Shown in pieces: positions 57,401-64,000 of a stretch of 64,000 nt of DNA. Every line of letters begins with the position of its first letter. Position 1 is the first letter of the stretch. The DNA is from Candidatus Brocadiia bacterium (lineage in GTDB: Bacteria > Planctomycetota > Brocadiia > SM23-32). Both the position numbers and the translations under genes were made by a program. A model generated the notes under the pieces. It was not told the DNA's origin. It was given only the letters and a program-made list of their open reading frames with translations, and ran no database searches. The stretch is from NCBI GenBank assembly GCA_046538485.1, contig JBKHIT010000008.1:35549-99548 (forward strand), written 5' to 3'.

Positions 57401-59670
57401 TTTCGAAATCGTCTCTGTTTTTCCTCAAATGAAATGCTCTGCGCTTTCCTCGGTGTGGCCGTTCCCTCGGCGGCGGAGAACAGCGCAACCCGGGCTTCTT
57501 TCAGTTGTGGTTCCGATTCCCCACGCGGCTCAATGGCCTCTTCAGCCGTCAGCGGCATATGGCCGTGAATCTCATAGGAAGGTTTGAGTATCTCTTCCTG
57601 AAGCGTGAAATAGACCCGTTCGAGTCCCGGGCGCATTTCCTGGAGAGCGAACACGGCCTCGTCCACTCCGGCCAGGCCCAGCGCCGCCTGTGTTGGTTTT
57701 CCTTCGGTCCCGGTTACCATGAACGTCAAGGTTGCGTTTTCCCCCGGACGGTACGTTTTTTTGTCCATTTTGGTCTCGATCGAGATCTGATCGGGTCGGT
57801 TGACCTGGACCACTTTTGCGTCGCTCACGATATTACCGTCGGGCAGGATGCGATACGCGTGGAGTTCGAGTGTTCCGAACAGGTCGGGCGGTAGATCGAG
57901 TGCAACGGATCCGCGCCCTTTCTCGATATCAAGGGCTTTGCTTAACATCGTCCGGCTGTTTTTCACGACATCCACGAAAACCCGGGCCCGTCGGTCGCCG
58001 GAGAGGACGGATACCTCAGCCGTTTCCCCCGCTTTATAAACGGCTTTGTCAGTGCGGAGGAGAAAAGCGTGGACCCGCTGATCGACGCGGAGAGGTCGGC
58101 TGACTTTCACCCGGCGCCCTCCGTTGTCTTCGGCTTCGATCGTGAGTTTCATGCGGGGGGACCGGGGGGTGATTTTGACTTTGGCGAGTCCATTCTCCGC
58201 GGTGCGTGTTCTGCGGCGATCAGCACCGATGATCAGTTCGGTCTGTGCCGGTCGGCCGTCGGGATATGACGTCACGATGTAGAGGATGTTTTCGACGCCC
58301 TGGACGAGTCTGCCGCTTTCCGGGAGCACGGCCACGCGTATCGGGCGGGTTGTGACGGTCAGTTCTTCAGTAATTTCCTGGGTATGACCGGCGGTATCGG
58401 TCACTTTAGCTTTGAGAGAAACCGTGGCATCTCCCTTTTTGCGGGCGGTGCCGGTGAAATGGCGTTTCAGAGGAAGCTGGAACGAAAAATGCCCTTCAGC
58501 GTTGGTTTTGCCCTCGGCACTGGCGAACTGACGGAACTTTTCCACAAACTCCGAGGCTGTGATCTGCACCTCCGCGTTCCGAACGGGTTTCCCGAATGTG
58601 TAGCGAGCGGTTATTTCGCCGATGAGCATTTCGCCGGGCCGGTAGAACGTTTTTCCGCAGCTTATGGTGGCCTTGAACTTCGGCAAACGATAACGTTTGA
58701 CCGTCACCGTGCGTTCCGATGTGGTGTCGCCGACATGGGCGGAGATGGTGTAGCGACCGGTGTTGACCTGATCGGCGAGCTGGAAATCGGCGGCCGCGAT
58801 CCCGTATTGGGAGGTTTTCAGCGTCTTTTTAAAGACCTTGTTGCCTTTAGCGTCTTTGACTTCGATCGTTGCCGGCTGGTCGGCGACGGGGTGGAGGTCG
58901 CTGGTGAAAAGCGACAGGGTCCGCATATGAATCGTCTGCCCGGGCTGGTAGAGCGGTTTATCGCTGCTGATCATTACCCGGAAAGACCGTTCGATGGTGA
59001 TGGTGCGGGAGACGACGTTTTTCCCCGCGGCTGATTTTGCGCGCACCCGGAGGGTATAATCGCCTTCCGATAGGTCCTCGGCCAGTTCTGGCTCAACCCG
59101 GGCGTTGCCGTGTTTGTCCGTTTTTGTTGTGCCTTCCCATATCTGTTTCCCACCGGGGTCCACCAGTGCGGCGGATACTTTCGCGTTAGGGACGGGTTTT
59201 GATTTTTTGCCGTCACGCACGAAAAGCCGAAACGACGCGATCTGTCCCGGTGTGACCGCCCAGCGTCCGTAGACCATAGTTTCCTGTGGTTTCGCGTGAC
59301 GCGTGGCGATGTGGCGGTCGATTCCGAGTAAGCCGATGGTTATCAGCGCGATGGCGGCGGCGGCGATTTTCCAGAACCGTTTGCTTCCCAGCCAATCTGC
59401 CTTCGGTTCGACGGGTTCAGAAGCCATGGTTTGACCCTCCATTCCTTTCTTTTGCGTCTGCGCCGCTTTTATGGTCCTTTCGGCCAGATCTTCGGGAGGA
59501 GGAGGTGCATCCCATTCCCGCAGAGCTTCCTTCTGGCGGCGTATCTTGTCCCGTGCCTGCCGGCATTCGCGGCAGATTTGCAGGTGTTTTTCTACCTGCT
59601 CTCTTTCATCTCCATCGAGCAGATCGAAGACCAGGTCATAGAGTTTTTGCTGGACTTCTTCGCACTTCAT
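54493..59670 (-). CDS. Anti-sigma factor (zf-HC2 type) fused to a full-length thioester alpha-2-macroglobulin with a 6-TM insertion (1725 aa)
   Basis: ORF track. aa 1-38 are MKCEEVQQKLYDLVFDLLDGDEREQVEKHLQICRECRQ (H29-x3-C33-x2-C36). A TM helix spans aa ~99-117. MG-type repeats include SDKPLYQPGQTIHMRTL, TDKAVYKAGETAEVSV and MDKKTYRPGENATLTF..GVDEAVFAL. Six hydrophobic helices span aa ~766-985. The A2M block is RHYFPETLLWKPELITD..SITTWRISMSAV (Y at aa 1032). The thioester block is FRKPFGCFEQTSSVTYPNILALDYM (C1247). The C-terminus is MG8/receptor-domain-like. It starts 16 nt after the ECF sigma gene. Confidence 0.85.
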   Translation of the reverse strand: MKCEEVQQKLYDLVFDLLDGDEREQVEKHLQICRECRQARDKIRRQKEALREWDAPPPPEDLAERTIKAAQTQKKGMEGQTMASEPVEPKADWLGSKRFWKIAAAAIALITIGLLGIDRHIATRHAKPQETMVYGRWAVTPGQIASFRLFVRDGKKSKPVPNAKVSAALVDPGGKQIWEGTTKTDKHGNARVEPELAEDLSEGDYTLRVRAKSAAGKNVVSRTITIERSFRVMISSDKPLYQPGQTIHMRTLSLFTSDLHPVADQPATIEVKDAKGNKVFKKTLKTSQYGIAAADFQLADQVNTGRYTISAHVGDTTSERTVTVKRYRLPKFKATISCGKTFYRPGEMLIGEITARYTFGKPVRNAEVQITASEFVEKFRQFASAEGKTNAEGHFSFQLPLKRHFTGTARKKGDATVSLKAKVTDTAGHTQEITEELTVTTRPIRVAVLPESGRLVQGVENILYIVTSYPDGRPAQTELIIGADRRRTRTAENGLAKVKITPRSPRMKLTIEAEDNGGRRVKVSRPLRVDQRVHAFLLRTDKAVYKAGETAEVSVLSGDRRARVFVDVVKNSRTMLSKALDIEKGRGSVALDLPPDLFGTLELHAYRILPDGNIVSDAKVVQVNRPDQISIETKMDKKTYRPGENATLTFMVTGTEGKPTQAALGLAGVDEAVFALQEMRPGLERVYFTLQEEILKPSYEIHGHMPLTAEEAIEPRGESEPQLKEARVALFSAAEGTATPRKAQSISFEEKQRRFRKVKVNYRRAVLKLAAQVPFALYVLFVLPMVGYGLYKLFRRRPVPELNAKEMNRLRRACWWLTASWLLALVIPVTALIVGLLIDELIIENAFARYHGELFSGSFGVIAWIGMLIALIAKVFKFRKGPGVSNLPLFRKFATLLPFAYIAASVSILTLAIAEAELGLAEETIVLEAGIMIGLWFAALPALSIAGHSVCQKLSTKRAVWIAVRSGALPVLALLVFAGLLLPALSPARMAARQKFAEMTEALDGSPVRGAAKGRKKAADESLKAPSRVRHYFPETLLWKPELITDEAGRAQLEVPLADSITTWRISMSAVSRQGRLGAETFGLRVFQDFFVDIDFPVALTQHDEISVPIALYNYLDETQLIRLEVDDADWCEMLGETERRLEIGPREVTSIPMKLRALKPGRHTLTVRAFGSEMADAIRRKVRVRPDGKEIVQTDNGRLTGKLNRTVVIPDRAIDGASDLLVKIYPGAFSQVMEGLDSIFRKPFGCFEQTSSVTYPNILALDYMRRTDQSRPEIEMKALNYINLGYQRLLSYEVSGGGFEWFGNAPAHSVLTAYGLMEFNDMAKVYEVDPAVIQRTRRWLFSQQKRNGSWEPTQGGIQEGAINAYQGAVLRTTAYIAWALAESGNVDSNLSRALDYVEQNVSSDEDAYTLAVCANALVAGERSGAGDLIKMLDATKKEDGDLAHWSSKSEGVTHSRGNVLNIETTALAAYAMLKAQSHLGTAHRALAWLIEEKDSAGTWHSTQATVHAMRALLAGTGPATELKQDLPITISVNGKFARELTITPETSDVFRLISLREHQKPGPNRISLEPAGEANFAYQIVATHYLPWERKTPTTQKTMSIDVAYDTTKLRPDDKLACEATIRYNRSGVARMTIVDLGIPPGFQVMTEDFDRLKEQGLIQRYSLTGRQVILYFESIVGNEPVRFTYHLRAKYPVKAKTPPTEVYQYYEPEVRDATQPVEIEVQP

Positions 59671-59686
59671 ATATTTTCACTTTCGG

Positions 59687-60304
59687 TTACTGGTTTTGAG
59701 AGACGTCATGAGCTTCGGCGATATCTTCCAGCTGTTTGCGGAGTTTCTGAAGGGCCAACCGCATTCTGGATTTGACGGTTCCCGGAGGTATCTGAACAGT
59801 ATCGGCAATTTCGGCGTAGGTCATCTCGTGGTAAATCTTGAGGATGAATACCTCTTTCTGTTCGGCGGGGAGTTCGCTGACGGCCTCCTCAATTCGTTCC
59901 CCAATTTCCTGGCACTCTATTCGGTGCGGAGGTGAGGGGTCAGATGAGCGGGGTTCCGGAGAACCGTTGAGCGGACGTGAATCTCTGCTTCCTTTTTTGC
60001 GCCAGTGCGAGCGACAGAGGTTCGTCGCGATTGTGTAGAGCCAGGTTTTGAACGAACTGTTTCCCCGGAAAGATTCGGCCTTCTGGAAGACCCGCATAAA
60101 CGTTTCCTGAAAAAGATCCGCCGCGACGGTGCGGTTTCCCGTCAGTTTGTAGAGCAGACCATGGAGTGGTTTTTCATACCGCCTTACCATCGTCTCAAAC
60201 ATGGTCATATCGCCCTCTATAAAGCCAAAAAGAAGGTCTTTGTCGCTTAACTCCGTACGATCCCCGCGATAAGAGCGACTCTGCGGTGCGGGGGTCGATT
60301 CCAT
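59687..60304 (-). CDS. ECF (extracytoplasmic function) RNA polymerase sigma-70 family factor
   Basis: ORF track, 205 aa. Region 2 is LYKLTGNRTVAADLFQETFMRVFQKAESFRGNSSFKTWLYTIATNLC. Region 4 is EVFILKIYHEMTYAEIADTVQIPPGTVKSRMRLALQKLR. RBS AGGAGA lies upstream of the ATG. Confidence 0.9.
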   Translation of the reverse strand: MESTPAPQSRSYRGDRTELSDKDLLFGFIEGDMTMFETMVRRYEKPLHGLLYKLTGNRTVAADLFQETFMRVFQKAESFRGNSSFKTWLYTIATNLCRSHWRKKGSRDSRPLNGSPEPRSSDPSPPHRIECQEIGERIEEAVSELPAEQKEVFILKIYHEMTYAEIADTVQIPPGTVKSRMRLALQKLRKQLEDIAEAHDVSQNQ

Positions 60305-60546
60305 TTGTGTCTCCTGTTAAGCGTAGACGCATGGGCGTCCCGAATTGATCACCAAAAAATGCCAAAAAAACAAAAAAACAGCTCCGACGGTCAATTCGGG
60401 GTGTGCATGATAACTTCTCGGTGGTGGGAACGACAATCAAAACAGCACCGATGGCGGGGAGATAAGGGGAAGAGACGGAAGGGGCATAAGGCACGTCAGG
60501 GACTCATCGGAGTGGAGCTTTGTTTCCGCGGTAGCGGAGATCTTAA

Positions 60547-60883
60547 CCCGCTTTTCTCAAGCGGCGCCAGTGCTGCAGCTGCGCGGAAGGCAAAGGCGGG
60601 TGTATTCTTATACCTCAACTGCAGCCTGATAGAGCAGAGAGGCAGAGCCTCTTTCACCAATGTGAAAATTGTGGCGGACTCCCTGTAACTATTGGCAGCT
60701 TCTGGTAGTTTATCGTCGGAGAAACCGCCAACTGGCGGCTGGCGCCGCTCCCGCAGGGCGAACCGCCACCTTTCGACTCAGGTTAGCCACTGTGTACCGA
60801 GATCAGTTGCGAAATATAGTGCAAAGTTTTTCTGTGCCGCCGTTTATAATAATTATATCTTTAGGTTCGGTAGAAATGCGGGG
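60547..60883 (+). mobile_element. MITE-like non-autonomous element, copy F3 (337 bp)
   Basis: Same terminal repeats as F1: CCCGCTTTTCTCAAG ... CGGTAGAAATGCGGGG. It is abutted by ..CTTAA| and |TAAC... It has an internal insertion of about 90 bp relative to F1. It sits between the ECF sigma gene's upstream region and the 3' end of the aminotransferase gene. Confidence 0.75.
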
Positions 60884-60908
60884 TAACAGTCGAGGCGGAC
60901 GCGCCCGT

Positions 60909-62285
60909 TCAGACCGCGGGAACTGCCTCGTCGGCGGCTTCGGCAAGCACTGCCAGGCTCTCCTGCAATGCATCTTCTGTGATGCAGAGAGGGGGCGCTA
61001 TTTTGACGCACTCGCCTCCGACACCGACCGGTGCGAACATGAGAAGACCTTTCTGGAAACACTTCTCGTTGATTTTGAGTGCCAGCTCGGAGTTCGGGGT
61101 TTTCGAGCCCGGTTCCACCATCTGGAGTCCCGCGACCAGCCCCCGTGCCTGAATGCACCCGACGTGATCCGGATGCCGCGTCTGGATTTCTTCGAGTCCT
61201 TTTCGAAGGATCGGTCCGAGTGTGGCGGCATTTTCGATGAGGTTCTCATCTTCCAGCGCTTCAATTCCTGCCAGAGCAGCGGCACAACAGACGGGATTGC
61301 CGGAGTGAGTTGAGGTCATTGACCCCGGCGCGTACTGGTCCATGAGTTCAGCGGTCCCAAGAACGGCGGAGACCGGAAGAGAACTCGATACGCCTTTTCC
61401 GCAGCAGATCAGATCCGGCACGATATCGTAGTGCTCGAAACAAAACATCTTGCCCGTCCTGCCAAAACCGCTCTGCACTTCGTCCATGATGAGCACGGCT
61501 TCATGCTGATCGCACCACTCTCGAAGAGATTGCGCATAGGGCGCGGGTAGAAAATCGGGGCCCACGCCCTGGTAACTCTCCGTCATGACGCCGGCCACAT
61601 CGTCCGGATCGACGCCCTGTTCCGCCAGAGATTCTTCGAAAAGCTCGAAATGCCTATCCTCGGTCTTGAATCCATCGGGAAAGGGTACCTGGACAAATCC
61701 GACGTCGGTGCGCACGATCCAATCTTTAAGTTTTTCCATCCCGCCGGCGAGCTGCGCGCCGAGAGTTCGACCGTGGAACGCGTTTTCAAAAGTGACAATG
61801 ACATGTTTCTGTTCTCCGGCCATCCGAACGCCATGGGTACGGGCGAGTTTGATGGCACATTCGGTGGCCTCGCTGCCTGTGGACAGGATAAAAGCTTTTT
61901 CGATCGCCTCGGGAGCCATATCCACAAGTTTCTCGGCCAGGTCGGCCCGGGTTTCATGGGGAAATACATAGGTGGCGAGCAAAGGTCTGTCGTTCAAATC
62001 GCGGATAGCTTTCTGGATGCGTGGGTGGCCGTGGCCGGCGTTGCTTACCAGAACGCAGCTCGACCAGTCGATCCAGCGGTTGCCCCAGCGATCTTCCACA
62101 TTGAAACCTTCGGCCCGATGCCAGATTATCGGCGGCTGCCCCTGCATGGATCGTGGTTCGACGCGCCGCAGTTTTTCCAGAATCGGGACGGATTCCGGCA
62201 CGGGCAAAGGCGTTTGGATCCGTCGATATTCGGTGTCAATTTCAGGGACATCAACCGGTTCGAGACTGTATTTTCCACCGCTCAT
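60909..62285 (-). CDS. Class III pyridoxal-phosphate-dependent aminotransferase
   Basis: ORF track, 458 aa. VSNAGHGHP, DEVQSGFGRTGKMF and the PLP-lysine region CCGKGVSS are characteristic. Confidence 0.85.
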   Translation of the reverse strand: MSGGKYSLEPVDVPEIDTEYRRIQTPLPVPESVPILEKLRRVEPRSMQGQPPIIWHRAEGFNVEDRWGNRWIDWSSCVLVSNAGHGHPRIQKAIRDLNDRPLLATYVFPHETRADLAEKLVDMAPEAIEKAFILSTGSEATECAIKLARTHGVRMAGEQKHVIVTFENAFHGRTLGAQLAGGMEKLKDWIVRTDVGFVQVPFPDGFKTEDRHFELFEESLAEQGVDPDDVAGVMTESYQGVGPDFLPAPYAQSLREWCDQHEAVLIMDEVQSGFGRTGKMFCFEHYDIVPDLICCGKGVSSSLPVSAVLGTAELMDQYAPGSMTSTHSGNPVCCAAALAGIEALEDENLIENAATLGPILRKGLEEIQTRHPDHVGCIQARGLVAGLQMVEPGSKTPNSELALKINEKCFQKGLLMFAPVGVGGECVKIAPPLCITEDALQESLAVLAEAADEAVPAV

Positions 62286-62437
62286 GTTTCGCTTTCTTCT
62301 TTCTGGAGTTTAGCTTCGCCTCTATTCTGCACGTTTTCGGGCACTTCAAAATGCAGGTCTGCCATCGCTATCGCATCGCACGTCCTTACTCGATCACGTC
62401 CGTTTCTTTAGAACGGGCATCTTCCGCCACGCTTTCG

Positions 62438-63508
62438 TTACAGCTCGACGATACCGCCTTTTTCGAGGCTTTTGTGGATTCCTTCGGCGATTCGGGTGAC
62501 TTCGAGCCCGTCGCGCGGTCCGGCATAATGGCCTTCCAGTTCTTCCAGCGTCCCACCTTCCTTGATGTGGTTGACATGGTCGGCGAAGACGGCGATAGAA
62601 GCGACGCCGTACCCGCTGTAAGCCGTTTCTCCGGTCGGGAGCGTCTCTTCGAGGAAGAACACCGGGTTGAACGTGCGATGTCCCCCTTCGGGGGTGGTAA
62701 GCCGTGCGCCGCGGTCCTGGCTGTCGACTTCTCCGAGTCCTTCGGAACCGACGATGCGGATGCCCTGATTCACAACCGCTTCAAAATCATCGGGAAGGAT
62801 CCACGACGTATCGAGATGGAAAGAAATGTTATCTTCGAACTCGATTTTTGCCTCAACAGCGTCCCAGGCATCGACACCGAGGCTTTTCAGTTTCCGGCGT
62901 TGTCCCGTAGCCCAGACACGCTGTCCGTTTCGTCCGCCGATACACCAGCGGAACAGATCGATCATATGGACGCCGAGGAACCAGGCGGAGCTGGATTTGG
63001 GAGCCCAGTGGGGGAACCAGTCGCGGGGCACTTCAATTCGGTCTTCCATCCAGGCGTAACCGTATTCCGGCACTCCGAGTTCGCCGTCTTCGATGGCTTC
63101 ACGAAGCTGTATGTGGAACGGGTCGAACCGTTTATGGAAATCAACTTCCACGAGGACTCCGGCCTCTTCGGCGGCTTCCGCGATCTCTCGGCAACCTTCG
63201 ACGGTGGTATCGAGTGGTTTTTCCACGAGGGCGTGGCGTCCGGAACCAATGATGTCAAGGGCAATTTCACGGTGCAGAAAATCCGGTGTCACAACTGTGA
63301 CGGCATCCAGATCGGCCTCCTCCAGCATCGTCGCGTGATCCGGGTATCCGGTCACGTTGAACTCATCGACACGTTCCTGCCGCAGATCGTCGTCAATCTC
63401 CGCCAGTGCGATTTCATCGACCTTTCCCTGTCGCCTGAGCTGTGTGAAGACACGAAGATGCATCAAGCCGAACTTGCCACCGCCGACAATTCCTATATTC
63501 AGGCTCAT
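62438..63508 (-). CDS. Gfo/Idh/MocA family oxidoreductase
   Basis: ORF track, 356 aa. MSLNIGIVGGGKFGLMH is a Rossmann N-terminus. HALVEKPL is the EKP motif. Confidence 0.85.
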   Translation of the reverse strand: MSLNIGIVGGGKFGLMHLRVFTQLRRQGKVDEIALAEIDDDLRQERVDEFNVTGYPDHATMLEEADLDAVTVVTPDFLHREIALDIIGSGRHALVEKPLDTTVEGCREIAEAAEEAGVLVEVDFHKRFDPFHIQLREAIEDGELGVPEYGYAWMEDRIEVPRDWFPHWAPKSSSAWFLGVHMIDLFRWCIGGRNGQRVWATGQRRKLKSLGVDAWDAVEAKIEFEDNISFHLDTSWILPDDFEAVVNQGIRIVGSEGLGEVDSQDRGARLTTPEGGHRTFNPVFFLEETLPTGETAYSGYGVASIAVFADHVNHIKEGGTLEELEGHYAGPRDGLEVTRIAEGIHKSLEKGGIVEL

Positions 63509-63588
63509 CGTCTTGCTATCCTTCCTTTAAGACATCCTATTTGTGGCAAAGAGCCACATCTTTTGTTATGGACGAGGACAAATCTTCG

Positions 63589-64000
63589 TTAAAGAACGTT
63601 CTTCGCCCGTCGGTACCACCTGCGCCATTTTTGTGGATTGCTTCCCAGCGTTGCGAGGGGACCTTTTCCGGGATCCCATTTTTTGCGCAGACGGTCACGG
63701 ATCGTTTCTGCTACAGGGGGCAACTGTGCGTCTTTCCCGGCAGTTTCAATCGCTTCAAGACCGAAAGGACCGAGGGCCAGCAGGACTTTTGTAGCGCGTT
63801 TTTGATTTGTTTTCAAATGTTGGAGGGCACTCCGGGCTTGCTCACGAACGGCTGCAGTTTCCACACACCGCTTCAGAAGCATCGATCCGATTCGTGCGTT
63901 GCGGCGCAATAGATCGATCAAAACCGGAAAAGCTACTGATCCGGTATTCGTCAGTTCCTGTGCTCCTGCCATCGCCAGGACTTCCCGGGCCTGAAACGGC
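63589..64000 (-). CDS. Hypothetical helical-repeat (HEAT-like) protein, C-terminal part (gene continues past the right window edge)
   Basis: Track ORF 63589..63972. The frame stays open upstream of that Met to position 64000 (..PFQAREVLAMAGAQEL..), so the true start is probably outside the window. Confidence 0.5.
   Translation of the reverse strand, partial: PFQAREVLAMAGAQELTNTGSVAFPVLIDLLRRNARIGSMLLKRCVETAAVREQARSALQHLKTNQKRATKVLLALGPFGLEAIETAGKDAQLPPVAETIRDRLRKKWDPGKGPLATLGSNPQKWRRWYRRAKNVL

Noticed and set aside
60321-60353. Possible ECF-type autoregulatory promoter upstream of the sigma gene (minus strand TGATCA-N16-CGTCTA)
   Set aside because: It lacks the AAC core expected in most ECF -35 elements. 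This is a single occurrence with nothing to compare against, so it is too speculative to annotate.
62153-63592. 479-aa plus-strand ORF (also 61650..62411, 60669..61313, 56179..56808, 58384..59034, 51482..52339, 43988..44692)
   Set aside because: All are antisense to genes with clear family motifs. They are typical GC-rich shadow ORFs.

Overview
This is a gene-dense 64-kb chromosomal window with about 50 protein genes on both strands. I found no rRNA, tRNA or CRISPR array by eye.

Housekeeping genes: leuS (partial), coaX, prfA, rpmE, pyk, pyrBI, rsmE, rsmI, waaA, pckG, prmC, murA, mnmE, obg, rpmA and rplU.

These are interleaved with:
- sugar-active and oxidoreductase genes (GH130, a BNR sialidase-like gene, two Gfo/Idh/MocA, two MDR dehydrogenases, an AKR-FeS fusion, a class III aminotransferase);
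- peptidases (M42, M29, M48, S41);
- secreted or unknown proteins;
- two prepilin-signal DUF1559-like pseudopilins and an orphan PilT.

This mix suggests a PVC-type bacterium (Planctomycetota, Lentisphaerota or a relative). That is inference only.

The standout locus is 54493-60304. An ECF sigma factor gene is followed 16 nt later by a 1725-aa ORF. That ORF starts as a zinc-type (HxxxCxxC) anti-sigma factor and continues as a complete thioester alpha-2-macroglobulin. Six predicted transmembrane helices sit where A2M proteins normally carry their protease bait region. I am not aware of a characterised example, but a database search is needed.

The intergenic DNA holds several repeat families:
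- a MITE-like element with terminal inverted repeats (two full copies and one half copy);
- a dispersed hairpin repeat (5 copies plus fragments) whose stem has G-U wobbles on one strand only and one compensatory change;
- a diverged two-module repeat of about 0.5 kb, present upstream of a pseudopilin gene and upstream of pilT, in opposite orientations;
- a nested-palindrome block at 52.4-52.9 kb.

An orphan RHS/YD-repeat fragment plus an AT-richer stretch at 20.9-22.0 kb looks like a decayed insertion.

Several long ORFs in the supplied track are antisense shadows. Two real genes are not represented as such in the track: leuS at the window edge, and a 53-aa rubredoxin hidden at the end of a 232-aa ORF. 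All coordinates for starts, motifs and repeats were read by hand from the sequence. No database search was possible.
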